A stretch of 64,000 bases of DNA from Acidimicrobiales bacterium (GTDB taxonomy: Bacteria; Actinomycetota; Acidimicrobiia; Acidimicrobiales; VFJN01): assembly GCA_030681555.1 (NCBI GenBank), contig JAUXRW010000030.1, positions 22,396 through 86,395 of the forward strand, written 5' to 3'. Below, piece by piece: positions 31,956-40,745 of this stretch. How positions within the stretch are numbered: the first letter of the stretch is position 1; each line of letters starts with the position of its first letter. The position numbers and the translations under genes were made by a program. Below the pieces are notes generated by a model. It searched no databases. It saw only the letters and a program-made list of their open reading frames with translations, and was not told the origin of the DNA.

Positions 31956-32255
31956 ATGGCGTCGCGCCACGACACGATGATGAATCCCCCGATCGAGGGC
32001 CTCCTCGACCGGGCCGGCTCCAAGTTCACGCTGGTCACCCTCGGGTCGAAGCGGGCTCGGCAGATCAACTCGTACTACAACCAGCTGTCCGAGGGCCTGG
32101 GCACCGTGGTGCCGCCGCAGGTCAGCTCGTCGGCCCGCAAGCCGCTCTCGATCGCGTTCGAGGAGATCGCCGCCGACAAGATCCTCGGGGTGTGGCCGGA
32201 ACCCGAGGTCGAGGGCGATGACGCCTCGGTCGGGGACGCCGAGCCGGCCGAGTAG
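31956..32255 (+). CDS. rpoZ: DNA-directed RNA polymerase subunit omega
   Basis: 99 aa. [30 protein letters not shown], in the conserved gmk-rpoZ position. Confidence 0.9.
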   Translation: MASRHDTMMNPPIEGLLDRAGSKFTLVTLGSKRARQINSYYNQLSEGLGTVVPPQVSSSARKPLSIAFEEIAADKILGVWPEPEVEGDDASVGDAEPAE

Positions 32256-32273
32256 CCCGGCTCCACGCACGCC

Positions 32274-33476
32274 ATGCTCGAGGGCAAGCGCGTCGTCCTC
32301 GGCGTCGCAGGGGGGATCGCGGCCTACAAGGCCATCGACGTCTGCCGTCGACTCGTCGACGCGGGCGCGCACGTCGTCCCCGTGCTCACCGAGGGGGCGC
32401 TCCACTTCGTGGGTCGCACCACGTTCGACGCACTCGGCTCCGAGCGCGCCTGGACCTCGCTGTGGGACGAGCAACGCCCGATCCCGCACACGCACCTCGG
32501 CCAGACCGCCGACCTCGTGATCGTCGCCCCGGCGACCGCCCGCGTGCTCGGCCTCTACGCCACCGGCATCAGCGACGACCTGCTGACGAACATCCTGCTG
32601 GCCACCCGCGCGCCCGTGCTGGTGTGCCCTGCGATGCACACCGAGATGTGGGAGCACGCGGCCGTGCAGGACAACCTCCGTGTGCTCCGCGGCCGTGGCG
32701 TGCACGTCGTCGAACCCGAGGTGGGCCGCCTCGCCGGTGGCGACGTCGGCGCCGGGCGCCTCGCCGACCCGGCCACCATCGTGGAGGCGGCCACCTCGCT
32801 GCTGCTCGCCTCGGCGAGCGCCCCGGACCTCACGGGCCTGCGGATGATCGTCACGGCGGGCGGCACGCGCGAGCCCATCGACCCGGTGCGCTTCATCGGC
32901 AACCGCTCTTCTGGCAAGCAGGGGCATGCGGTGGCCGAGGAGGCAGCGGCTCGCGGGGCGAAGGTCACGCTCGTCACCACCGTTCGCCTGCCCGTGTCCG
33001 CACGCATCGACGCCGTCCGCGTCGACACGGCCGCCGAGATGGAGCACGCGGTCCTGAGCCGGGCCGAGAGCGCGGACGTAGTCGTCATGGCCGCTGCGGT
33101 CGCCGACTTCCGGCCCGTGCAGGCTGCGCCCAGCAAGCTCAAGAAGGCAGGTGGGCCCCCCGAGGTTCGCCTCGAGCCGACGGTCGACATCCTCGCCGAG
33201 CTCGGCGGCCGCCGCCGTCCGGGGCAGGTGCTCGTAGGCTTCGCCGCCGAGACCGACGACCTCCGCGTCCATGCGGCCGAGAAGCTGCAGCGCAAGGGCA
33301 TCGACCTCATCGTGGGCAACGACATATCCGAGCCGGGCGTGGGCTTCGAGCACGACACCAACGCGGTGGTGATCCTCGGCGCGGACGGTTCGTCCGTCGA
33401 GGTCCCCCTCGCCGACAAGCGGGCCATCGCCCGCGCCATCCTCGACGCAATCTCGAATGCAAGGAGCAGCTCGTGA
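32274..33476 (+). CDS. coaBC: Bifunctional phosphopantothenoylcysteine decarboxylase / phosphopantothenate--cysteine ligase
   Basis: 400 aa. [10 protein letters not shown]....R.L...[13 protein letters not shown], then the CoaB half ([31 protein letters not shown]). Confidence 0.96.
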   Translation: MLEGKRVVLGVAGGIAAYKAIDVCRRLVDAGAHVVPVLTEGALHFVGRTTFDALGSERAWTSLWDEQRPIPHTHLGQTADLVIVAPATARVLGLYATGISDDLLTNILLATRAPVLVCPAMHTEMWEHAAVQDNLRVLRGRGVHVVEPEVGRLAGGDVGAGRLADPATIVEAATSLLLASASAPDLTGLRMIVTAGGTREPIDPVRFIGNRSSGKQGHAVAEEAAARGAKVTLVTTVRLPVSARIDAVRVDTAAEMEHAVLSRAESADVVVMAAAVADFRPVQAAPSKLKKAGGPPEVRLEPTVDILAELGGRRRPGQVLVGFAAETDDLRVHAAEKLQRKGIDLIVGNDISEPGVGFEHDTNAVVILGADGSSVEVPLADKRAIARAILDAISNARSSS

Positions 33477-34669
33477 CCCGCCAGTGGACGTTCACCTCAG
33501 AGTCCGTGACCGAGGGCCATCCCGACAAGATGGCCGACCAGATCTCGGACTCGATCCTCGACGCCATCCTCACCGAGGACCCGATGGCGCGGGTGGCGTG
33601 CGAGACGATGGTCACCACCGGCCTCGCCATCGTCGCCGGTGAGATCACGACGTCGGCCTACGTCGACTTCCCCCAGATCGTGCGCCGCACGATCAACGGC
33701 ATCGGGTTCGACCGCGAGTCGGTCGGCTTCGACGGCAACACCTGCGGCGTCATCAGCTCGATCGACCCTCAGTCGCCCGACATCGCCCAGGGCGTCGACA
33801 CCGCCCTCGAGACCCGCACCGGCGTCTCCGGCGAGGACGTCCTCAACTCCCAGGGCGCCGGCGACCAGGGGATGATGTTCGGCTACGCGGTCAACGAGAC
33901 CGACGTCCTCATGCCGCTGCCGATCCACCTGGCGCACCGGCTGGCCGAGCGGCTCGCCGAGGTCCGCAAGTCGGGCGTGCTGCCCTACCTCCGCCCCGAC
34001 GGCAAAACGCAGGTCACGGTGGAGTACGAGGGCAACCGCCCCGTCCGCCTCAGCACGGTTTTGATCTCCACGCAGCACCAGCCGGGCATCGACGCCGACA
34101 CCCTCATCAAGCCCGACCTCATCGAGCACGTCATCAACCCACTGCTGCCGACCGACATCGACACCTCCGACGTGCGGGTGTTGGTCAACCCGACCGGCAC
34201 CTTCGTGCTCGGCGGACCCCACGCCGACTGCGGCCTGACCGGCCGCAAGATCATCGTGGACACCTACGGCGGTGCCGCCCGCCACGGCGGAGGCGCCTTC
34301 TCGGGCAAGGACCCGTCCAAGGTCGACCGCTCGGCCGCATACGCCGCCCGGTGGGTCGCCAAGAACGTGGTGGCGTCCGGCGCGGCCGAGCGATGTGAGG
34401 TGCAGGTGGCGTACGCCATCGGCGTCGCCCAGCCCGTGTCGATCCTGGTGGAGACGTTCGGCACCGAGACGGTCGACCCCACGAAGATCAGCGAGGCCGT
34501 CCACGAGGTGTTCGACCTCCGTCCCGCGGCCATCATCCGCGACCTCGAGCTGCGCCGGCCGATCTACGCCAAGACGGCGGCTTACGGTCACTTCGGCCGC
34601 GAGGACAGGGACCTCACCTGGGAGCACACCACCCGGACGGGCGACCTGAAGTCCGCCCTCGGCCTCTGA
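33473..34669 (+). CDS. metK: S-adenosylmethionine synthase
   Basis: GTG at 33473 (GTGA overlap with coaBC). [54 protein letters not shown]. Confidence 0.98.
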   Translation: MTRQWTFTSESVTEGHPDKMADQISDSILDAILTEDPMARVACETMVTTGLAIVAGEITTSAYVDFPQIVRRTINGIGFDRESVGFDGNTCGVISSIDPQSPDIAQGVDTALETRTGVSGEDVLNSQGAGDQGMMFGYAVNETDVLMPLPIHLAHRLAERLAEVRKSGVLPYLRPDGKTQVTVEYEGNRPVRLSTVLISTQHQPGIDADTLIKPDLIEHVINPLLPTDIDTSDVRVLVNPTGTFVLGGPHADCGLTGRKIIVDTYGGAARHGGGAFSGKDPSKVDRSAAYAARWVAKNVVASGAAERCEVQVAYAIGVAQPVSILVETFGTETVDPTKISEAVHEVFDLRPAAIIRDLELRRPIYAKTAAYGHFGREDRDLTWEHTTRTGDLKSALGL

Positions 34670-36411
34670 GCCGACCCGAGGGGTCGCTGGTCGTCCGGAT
34701 CCTCCCGGACGTTCCCGCCATCGACAAGACCTTCGACTACCTGGTCCCGGACGCCGTCCAGGACCAGGTGCGTGTGGGGGACGTGGTGCGGATCGAGCTC
34801 CACGGCCGCCGCGTCGGTGGCTGGATCGTCGAGCTCGACGTCGAACCCGCTCCGGGCCTCTCCCTCCGGGCGCTGGCCAAGCGGAGCGGCCTCGGGCCCA
34901 CCCCCGACCTCATCGAGCTCGCCGAGTGGGCCGCGTGGCGGTGGTCCGGCCGGCCGGCGTCGCTGCTCAAGACCGCCTCGCCGGATCGCGTTGTGGCCCA
35001 GCTGCCCCCGCCCGCCGCCCCGCCCCGTCCGGTCGGCGCCGGCGATGCCGCCGCCCGGGCCGCGCTCGACGAGCCGCTGTCGCTGCTCCGCCTGCCTCCG
35101 GCCGCCGACCGCGTGTCGGTGGTGCTGGCCGCGGCGGACCGGGGCAACGCGCTGGTGCTGTGTCCGACGGTGGCGGTCGCGGTCGGCCTGGCCAGCCGGC
35201 TCCGGCGCGCCGGCCTGCCCGTCGCTCTCCATCCGCGGGACTGGGCCCTCGGCGCGGCCGGGGCCACGGTCGTGGGCACCCGGGCCGCGGCGTGGGCGCC
35301 GGTCGGCGACCTGGCCGCCGTGGTGGTGCTCGACGAGCACGACGAGGCCCACCAGCAGGAGCAGGCACCCACCTGGCACGCGCGGGACGTCGCGATCGAG
35401 CGGGCGCAGCGGGCCGGCGTGCCCTGCCTGCTCACGTCGCCGTGTCCTTCGCTCGAAGCGCTGGAGGCGGCGGCAGTCCACGTCCCCGACCGCGTCAGCG
35501 AGCGCGCCGGCTGGCCGATCGTCGAGGTAGTGGACCGGCGGGACGAGGATCCGCGCCGCGCTGGTCTGTTCTCGACCGCGCTGGTCCGCCTGCTGCGCTC
35601 CGAAGAACGGGTCCTGTGTGTGCTCAACCGCACGGGGAGGGCCCGGCTGCTGGCCTGCGCGGCCTGCGGCGGGCTGGCCCGGTGCGAGGCCTGCGGCGCC
35701 GCCGTCGAGCAGCCCGAAGACGTGCTGCACTGCCGACGCTGTGGCACCGACCGGCCCGCCGTCTGCATCGATTGCGGGTCCACCCGCTTCAAGAACGTGA
35801 AGGCGGGTGTCGCCCGCGTGCGCGAGGAGCTCGAGGCGCTGATCGGGGAGCCGGTGGTGGAGCTGACGGCGGCCACGGAGAGCGAGGCGCCCGCCACGCG
35901 TGTCGTCGTCGGCACCGAAGCCGTCCTCCAGCGCATCGACCGCGCTGACGCCGTGGCGTTCCTCGACCTCGACCAGGAGCTGCTGGCGTCGCGCTACCGC
36001 GCCGTCGAGCAGGCCTTCGCCCTGGTCGCCCGGGCGGCGCGGGTTGCGGCGCGTTCGGGCCGCGCCGCCGATCGTGCAGCCGGGCGCCTACTGCTGCAGA
36101 CTCGCTTGCCCGAGCACGAGGTGGTGCGGGCCGCCGTGCTGGGCGACCCGGACCGAGTCGCCGATGCCGAGCGACCGCGCCGGTCCCTGCTGCGCCTCCC
36201 GCCGTTCGCCGCCCTGGCGGAGGTGTCCGGGCAAGCCGCGCCCGAGTTCGTGGCGGCCTTGGGTCAGCCGCTCGGGGTCCAGGTGGCGGAGACGGCTCCG
36301 GGACGCTGGTTGGTGCGGGCCACCGACCACGGCACGCTCTGCGATGCCCTGACCGCCGTCCCCCGGCCCGCCGGTCGGCTCCGCATCGAGGTCGACCCGC
36401 TGCGGGTCTGA
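34666..36411 (+). CDS. priA: Primosomal protein N' (PriA) homologue lacking a Walker A motif; the start is non-canonical (CTG 34666 or CTG 34687), and the first canonical codon is GTG 34768
   Basis: Track ORF 34768..36411. The conserved N-terminus [21 protein letters not shown] is encoded in frame upstream of 34768. Cys4 clusters are present (CAACGG..CEACG..C.RCG....C..CG). LDEHDEAH is the motif II equivalent. No GxGKT/S motif is present. Confidence 0.85.
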   Translation: MSRPEGSLVVRILPDVPAIDKTFDYLVPDAVQDQVRVGDVVRIELHGRRVGGWIVELDVEPAPGLSLRALAKRSGLGPTPDLIELAEWAAWRWSGRPASLLKTASPDRVVAQLPPPAAPPRPVGAGDAAARAALDEPLSLLRLPPAADRVSVVLAAADRGNALVLCPTVAVAVGLASRLRRAGLPVALHPRDWALGAAGATVVGTRAAAWAPVGDLAAVVVLDEHDEAHQQEQAPTWHARDVAIERAQRAGVPCLLTSPCPSLEALEAAAVHVPDRVSERAGWPIVEVVDRRDEDPRRAGLFSTALVRLLRSEERVLCVLNRTGRARLLACAACGGLARCEACGAAVEQPEDVLHCRRCGTDRPAVCIDCGSTRFKNVKAGVARVREELEALIGEPVVELTAATESEAPATRVVVGTEAVLQRIDRADAVAFLDLDQELLASRYRAVEQAFALVARAARVAARSGRAADRAAGRLLLQTRLPEHEVVRAAVLGDPDRVADAERPRRSLLRLPPFAALAEVSGQAAPEFVAALGQPLGVQVAETAPGRWLVRATDHGTLCDALTAVPRPAGRLRIEVDPLRV

Positions 36412-36420
36412 GCCCGGCCG

Positions 36421-36948
36421 CTAGCTGGGCGTCCAGGCCCGGCGGCGCACCTCGTAGCAGGCGAGGGCGGCGGCGGTGGCGACGTTGAGCGAGCCGACGC
36501 GGCCGAGCAGCGGCAGGAATACGACGCCGTCGGCCGCATCCAGCACGGCGGGGGTGCACCCGCGATCCTCGTGGCCGACGACGAGGCAGGTGGCGGCGCC
36601 GAGAGGCGCCTCGTGCAGAGGCACGGCCTCGTCCGCCAGCTCGACGGCCAGCACGCGGTAGCCCGCGTTCCGTGCGGCGGTGACCGCAGCCACCCCGTCG
36701 TCGACACGGTGGAAGGTCAGGTACCGGTCCGTGCCCAGCGCCGTCTTCGCGACCTTGCCGTGGCCGGGTTCGGGGGTGCGCCCGACCAGCCACACGTCCT
36801 CGACCCGCAGCGCCGCTGCCGTCCGGATGATCGCGCCGACGTTGAACGGGCCCTGCACGTCCTCCAGCGCGAGCGCGAGCCGCCCGTCCGTGCGCCGCCG
36901 CCACTCCCGGTGGAGGCGCTTCATACCGGTGCCGTCCAGCTGCTTCAC
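36421..36948 (-). CDS. SpoU/TrmH-family RNA 2'-O-methyltransferase
   Basis: GTG at 36948 overlaps the upstream stop (GTGA); alternative ATG at 36924. GPFNVGAIIRTA, LVVGHEDRG, IP..G...SLNVA.AAA...YE. Confidence 0.85.
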   Translation of the reverse strand: MKQLDGTGMKRLHREWRRRTDGRLALALEDVQGPFNVGAIIRTAAALRVEDVWLVGRTPEPGHGKVAKTALGTDRYLTFHRVDDGVAAVTAARNAGYRVLAVELADEAVPLHEAPLGAATCLVVGHEDRGCTPAVLDAADGVVFLPLLGRVGSLNVATAAALACYEVRRRAWTPS

Positions 36949-37550
36949 CGCCGGTGCACCTCGAGCAGCCGGTTCCCGTCCCTGGACGTGAGGCGGGTCG
37001 CCGCCCAGCCCTGTTCGGCGAACCAACGCTGCAGCGAGTCCGAGCCGAGGTGCTTGTGCACGACGAACACCGCCCGCCCCGCCGGCGTCAGGCGCTGCAG
37101 CCAGGCGGAGAGGAGCTCGTGGAGCGCGGCCTTGCCGATCCGGATGGGCGGGTTCGACCACAGGAGGTCGACCGCGAGGTGGGCGGGGAGCTCGTCCACC
37201 CCTGTCGTGCGGACGTTGTCGAGGCCCAGGTCCTCAGCGTTGGCACGGCACAGCTCGAGGGCCCGCCGGTTCACGTCGACCGCCCACACCACGGCGCGCG
37301 GCCGCCGGGCGGCCAGCGTGCAGGCGATGGGTCCGTAGCCGCAGCCCACGTCGACGAAAACACCCTCCTCGGGGGGATCGGGGGCCTCCAGGAGCAGGAG
37401 TTTCGTCGCCGGGTCGACGCGCTCCCCCGAGAAGACCCCCCGGTCCGTGCGGAGGACGAGCGACCGGTCCGGCAGGTCGAGCCGGACCGTGCGGGGCGCG
37501 GAGGGAGCCGTCGGGTCGGCGTCGAAGTAGTGGCCTGCGGCGTCGCCCAT
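36945..37550 (-). CDS. Class I SAM-dependent methyltransferase, RsmC/RlmG-like (small MTS domain)
   Basis: ATG at 37550 (MGDAAGHYFD...). F.T..GVFS.......T.LLLE, SAM motif VDVGCGYGPI, motif IV NPPIRIG. Confidence 0.82.
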   Translation of the reverse strand: MGDAAGHYFDADPTAPSAPRTVRLDLPDRSLVLRTDRGVFSGERVDPATKLLLLEAPDPPEEGVFVDVGCGYGPIACTLAARRPRAVVWAVDVNRRALELCRANAEDLGLDNVRTTGVDELPAHLAVDLLWSNPPIRIGKAALHELLSAWLQRLTPAGRAVFVVHKHLGSDSLQRWFAEQGWAATRLTSRDGNRLLEVHRR

Positions 37551-37612
37551 GGCCAGCGAACCTACCGGTCGGTGGGGTCGGGAGGCCGTGGATGCTCCGG
37601 TAACCTGCATCC

Positions 37613-38167
37613 ATGGCTGCGCCTTATGAGATCCGGCTCATCGGTGATCCCGTCCTGCGCCAGCGGGCGAGCGAGGTCACCGACGTCACGGGCACGCTCG
37701 TGCAGCTCGCCCAGGACATGCTCGTGACGATGTACGAAGCGCCCGGGCTGGGCCTGGCGGGTCCGCAGGTCGGCATCGAGAAGCGCATCTTCGTGTACGA
37801 CGTCGGCGAGGGCCCGCAGGTCGTCATCAACCCGGAGATCCGTGAGACACGAGGGGAGTGGGGCTACGACGAGGGCTGCCTCTCGATCCCCGATCTCACC
37901 TTCGAGTTGGTGCGCCCGAAGGAGGTCCACTTGGTGGGTTACGACCTCGACGGCAAAGAGCTGTCCATCGAAGCGGACGAGATCCTGGCCCGCTGCTTCC
38001 AGCACGAGCTCGACCACCTCGACGGCGTGCTCTTCTTCGAGCGCCTCGATGCCGACGATCGCAAGGCGGCCATGCGGGCGATGCGCGAGCGCCGCCTGGC
38101 CGCCGCCGACCTCGCCGATGCGGAGGTCGCCGCTCCCAACCTCGCGGGTGGCTTCAGCTTGCGCTGA
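37613..38167 (+). CDS. def: Peptide deformylase
   Basis: 184 aa. GLGLAGPQVG, EGCLSIP, QHELDHLDG. Confidence 0.97.
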   Translation: MAAPYEIRLIGDPVLRQRASEVTDVTGTLVQLAQDMLVTMYEAPGLGLAGPQVGIEKRIFVYDVGEGPQVVINPEIRETRGEWGYDEGCLSIPDLTFELVRPKEVHLVGYDLDGKELSIEADEILARCFQHELDHLDGVLFFERLDADDRKAAMRAMRERRLAAADLADAEVAAPNLAGGFSLR

Positions 38168-38178
38168 GCCCCCAGCAG

Positions 38179-39051
38179 GTGGACATCGCCCGACCTCCGA
38201 TCGATCCGCCGCGCCGGCTCGTCTTCCTCGGCACCCCTGAGCTCGCGGTCGTCCCGCTCCGGGCGCTCGTCGCCGCGGGGTTCGAGATCGCCCTGGTGGT
38301 GTCGCAGCCGGATCGCCGGCGGGGCAGGGGTGGTGCGCAGACCCCGTCACCCGTCAAGGTGGCGGCACTCGAGCTCGGCCTGCCCGTCTCCGACCGGGTG
38401 GCGGACGTGGTGGAGACCGGGGCGGACCTCGGCGTGGTGGTCGCCTTCGGCCGACTCATCAAGCCGGAGGTCCTGGCGGCGGTCCCGATGGTCAACCTGC
38501 ACTTCTCGCTCCTGCCGCGCTGGCGGGGCGCCGCACCCGTCGAGCGGGCGATCCTCGCCGGCGACGAGCGCACCGGGGTCGATCTGATGGCCGTCGAGGA
38601 GGGCCTCGACACCGGCGGGATCTACCGGCGGGCAGAGGTGCCGATCGGCCCGGACGACACGCTCGACGAGCTGCGCGGTCGGCTCGTCGCCAAGGGCACC
38701 GAGGTGCTCGTCGCGGCGCTGCAGCAAGGGCTGGGGCCCGCTGCACCCCAGGAGGGCGAGCCGACCTACGCCGAGAAGATCACGCCGTCCGAGCTGGAGA
38801 TCGACTGGACGGCGCCGGCCGTCGCTGTGGACCGACTCGTCCGCCTCGGGGGTGCGTGGACCATGCACGAAGGTCGTCGGTTGAAGGTGTGGCGCACCGC
38901 TGTGCCTCCCCAGGGTGCCGGCCCCGTGGTGCCGGCCGGTGACGGCCCGGTGGAGCTCGTCGAGGTGCAGCCGGAGGGCAAGGGCCGGATGCCGGCGACG
39001 GCGTGGGCCAACGGCGTGCGCTGGTCACCGGGCCAGCGGCTCGGCACGTGA
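38179..39051 (+). CDS. fmt: Methionyl-tRNA formyltransferase
   Basis: GTG at 38179 in track ORF 37858..39051. RLVFLGTPE.AV..L..L, VV.QPDRRRGRG, NLHFSLLPRWRGAAP.ERAI..GD..TGV. Confidence 0.94.
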   Translation: MDIARPPIDPPRRLVFLGTPELAVVPLRALVAAGFEIALVVSQPDRRRGRGGAQTPSPVKVAALELGLPVSDRVADVVETGADLGVVVAFGRLIKPEVLAAVPMVNLHFSLLPRWRGAAPVERAILAGDERTGVDLMAVEEGLDTGGIYRRAEVPIGPDDTLDELRGRLVAKGTEVLVAALQQGLGPAAPQEGEPTYAEKITPSELEIDWTAPAVAVDRLVRLGGAWTMHEGRRLKVWRTAVPPQGAGPVVPAGDGPVELVEVQPEGKGRMPATAWANGVRWSPGQRLGT

Positions 39052-40166
39052 GCATCAGCGCCCGTCAGGTGGCGCTCGACGCGCTCGATCGCATCGAGCG
39101 CGACGGCGCCTACGCCAACCTCGTCCTGCCCGAGCTGCTGGAGCGCACGGGCCTGGCCGCCCGCGACCGGCACTTTGCGACCGAGCTGGTCTACGGCACC
39201 ACGCGCATGCGGCGGGCCTGCGACTTCCTGGTCGACCGGTTCCTCACCCGTGACCTCGACCTGCGCGTCCGGAACGCCCTGCGCCTCGGGGCCTACCAGC
39301 TGCACTTCCTGCAGATGGCGCCGCATGCCGCAGTGGGCGAGACCGTGGAGGTTGCGCCCAAGGCGGCCCGCAGTCTCGTGAACGCCGTGCTGCGCCGCGT
39401 GAGCGCCGGCACCGTCGAGTGGCCCGACGACGCCACCCGCCTGAGCTATCCCGACTGGATGGTGGGGAGACTCGCCGTCGACTTGGGCGAGGTCGACGCC
39501 CTGCGCTCCCTCGAGGTCATGAACACCGCGCCATCGGTCACGGAGCGAGCCGACGGCTACGTGCAGGACCTCGCGTCGCAGTGGGTGGCGGAGGCCGTCG
39601 GCGCAGCTCCCGGCGAGCGAGTGGTGGACCTGTGCGCCGCCCCCGGTGGCAAGGCGCTGCTGCTCGCGGCCTCGGGCGCGCGGGTGGTGGCCTCCGACAT
39701 CCGGCCCGGCCGGGCCCGGCTGGTCGCCGCCAACGCGCTCGGTCGGGCGGAGCTCCCGGTGGTCGTGGCCGACGCCGTCTGCGCGCCCTTCCGTCCGGCA
39801 TCGTTCGACGCCGTGCTGGTCGATGCGCCCTGCTCCGGGCTGGGCGTCCTCCGTCGCCGCCCGGATGCGCGCTGGCGCGTCGACGCCGACGCGCCCGAAC
39901 GGCTGGGCGGTGTGCAGCGGGCCCTGGTCGACGCGGCCTGCGCGCTGGTGCGCCCCGGCGGGCGGCTCGTCTACTCCGTGTGCACGCTCACCGACGCGGA
40001 GGGGCTGGCGATCGACCGGCACCTGGCCGACGCCGCAGGCTTCGAGGCCGAGCCGCCTCCCGACGGGCCCTGGCGCCCCCGTGGCCGCGGCGCCCTCCTG
40101 CTCCCGCAAGACGCCGACACCGACGGCATGTACCTCCTCCGCCTCCGCCGCACCCCCGATCTGTGA
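39048..40166 (+). CDS. rsmB: 16S rRNA (cytosine967-C5)-methyltransferase RsmB/Sun family
   Basis: GTG at 39048 (GTGA overlap with fmt). NusB-like N-domain (AR.VALDAL.RIE.DGAYANL), SAM motif DLCAAPGGKA, DAPCSG.G..RR.PD.RW, YSVCT. Confidence 0.9.
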   Translation: MSISARQVALDALDRIERDGAYANLVLPELLERTGLAARDRHFATELVYGTTRMRRACDFLVDRFLTRDLDLRVRNALRLGAYQLHFLQMAPHAAVGETVEVAPKAARSLVNAVLRRVSAGTVEWPDDATRLSYPDWMVGRLAVDLGEVDALRSLEVMNTAPSVTERADGYVQDLASQWVAEAVGAAPGERVVDLCAAPGGKALLLAASGARVVASDIRPGRARLVAANALGRAELPVVVADAVCAPFRPASFDAVLVDAPCSGLGVLRRRPDARWRVDADAPERLGGVQRALVDAACALVRPGGRLVYSVCTLTDAEGLAIDRHLADAAGFEAEPPPDGPWRPRGRGALLLPQDADTDGMYLLRLRRTPDL

Positions 40167-40210
40167 ACCGAATTCGGCAACTGTCGCCGGATTCGGTTCA
40201 CAGATCGGGG
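40154..40210. repeat. 25-bp inverted repeat (1 mismatch) with a 7-nt loop, spanning the rsmB stop codon
   Basis: Left arm CCCCGATCTGTGAACCGAATTCGGC (40154-40178), loop aactgtc, right arm GCCGGATTCGGTTCACAGATCGGGG (40186-40210). A third copy of the arm lies at 7599-7621. It could act as the rsmB terminator, although no U-tract follows. Confidence 0.8.
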
Positions 40211-40233
40211 TGGCTCGGCGGCAGACTCGGGGG

Positions 40234-40701
40234 ATGGCGCTCCAGGCGAAGGTGATCACCGTGTCCGACGGGGTCGCCGAGGGTGTCCGGGAGGATCGCT
40301 CCGGGGCGGCGCTGGCCGATCGCCTTGTGGCCGCCGGCTTCGAGGTGGTCGAGCGCAGCGTGGCCGCAGACGGCATCGCCTCGGTCGCCCAGGCGCTCAC
40401 CGAGGCGGCCCGCGCCTTCGACGGTCTTGTCGTCACCACGGGGGGCACGGGGTTCGGCCCGCGGGATCTGACGCCGGAGGGCACCCGCTCGGTGCTGGAA
40501 CGTGAGGCTCCCGGCCTGGCCGAGGCCATGCGCTCGGTCAGCGCGCTCGGACGCCTCTCACGAGGATCGGCCGGCACCCTCGGTGGGGCGCTCGTGCTGA
40601 ACACGCCCGGCTCCACGACCGGGGCGGTCGAGTGCCTGGAGGCGGTGCTGGACGTGCTTCCGCACGCGCTGGACCTCCTCGCCGGGGGTCGACCCCACTG
40701 A
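40234..40701 (+). CDS. mog: MogA/MoaB-family molybdopterin adenylyltransferase-like protein
   Basis: ATG at 40234. 155 aa. VITVSD......EDRSG, TTGGTGFGPRDLTPE, PG. Confidence 0.85.
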   Translation: MALQAKVITVSDGVAEGVREDRSGAALADRLVAAGFEVVERSVAADGIASVAQALTEAARAFDGLVVTTGGTGFGPRDLTPEGTRSVLEREAPGLAEAMRSVSALGRLSRGSAGTLGGALVLNTPGSTTGAVECLEAVLDVLPHALDLLAGGRPH

Positions 40702-40745
40702 CAGCAGGTGGCAAACCTGGAACATGTTCGAGTTTTGGGTGACCG

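Noticed and set aside
33400-33480. SAM riboswitch before metK, and T-box leaders before hisS, aspS, alaS and pheS.
   Set aside because: metK overlaps coaBC (GTGA), and aspS overlaps hisS. The alaS and pheS upstream gaps are under 40 nt and the hisS gap is 58 nt. None is long enough for a riboswitch or T-box leader.
40161-40203. TGTGAAC...GTTCACA in the rsmB hairpin as a Rex operator (TTGTGAA-N4-TTCACAA).
   Set aside because: The half-sites are about 29 nt apart rather than 4, so the site does not fit a Rex operator. It is kept only as an unexplained inverted repeat.
40720-40729. GAACATGTTC (and GAACACGTTC at 15877-15886) as LexA/Cheo SOS boxes.
   Set aside because: The Gram-positive/actinobacterial SOS box is GAAC-N4-GTTC. 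These sites have only 2 nt between the half-sites.
40702-40745. Possible FMN (RFN) riboswitch upstream of the ribD-ribE-ribBA-ribH operon.
   Set aside because: The mog-ribD gap is only 44 nt, far shorter than an RFN element of roughly 140 nt. I saw none of the conserved RFN core sequence there or in the 68-nt rsmB-mog gap.
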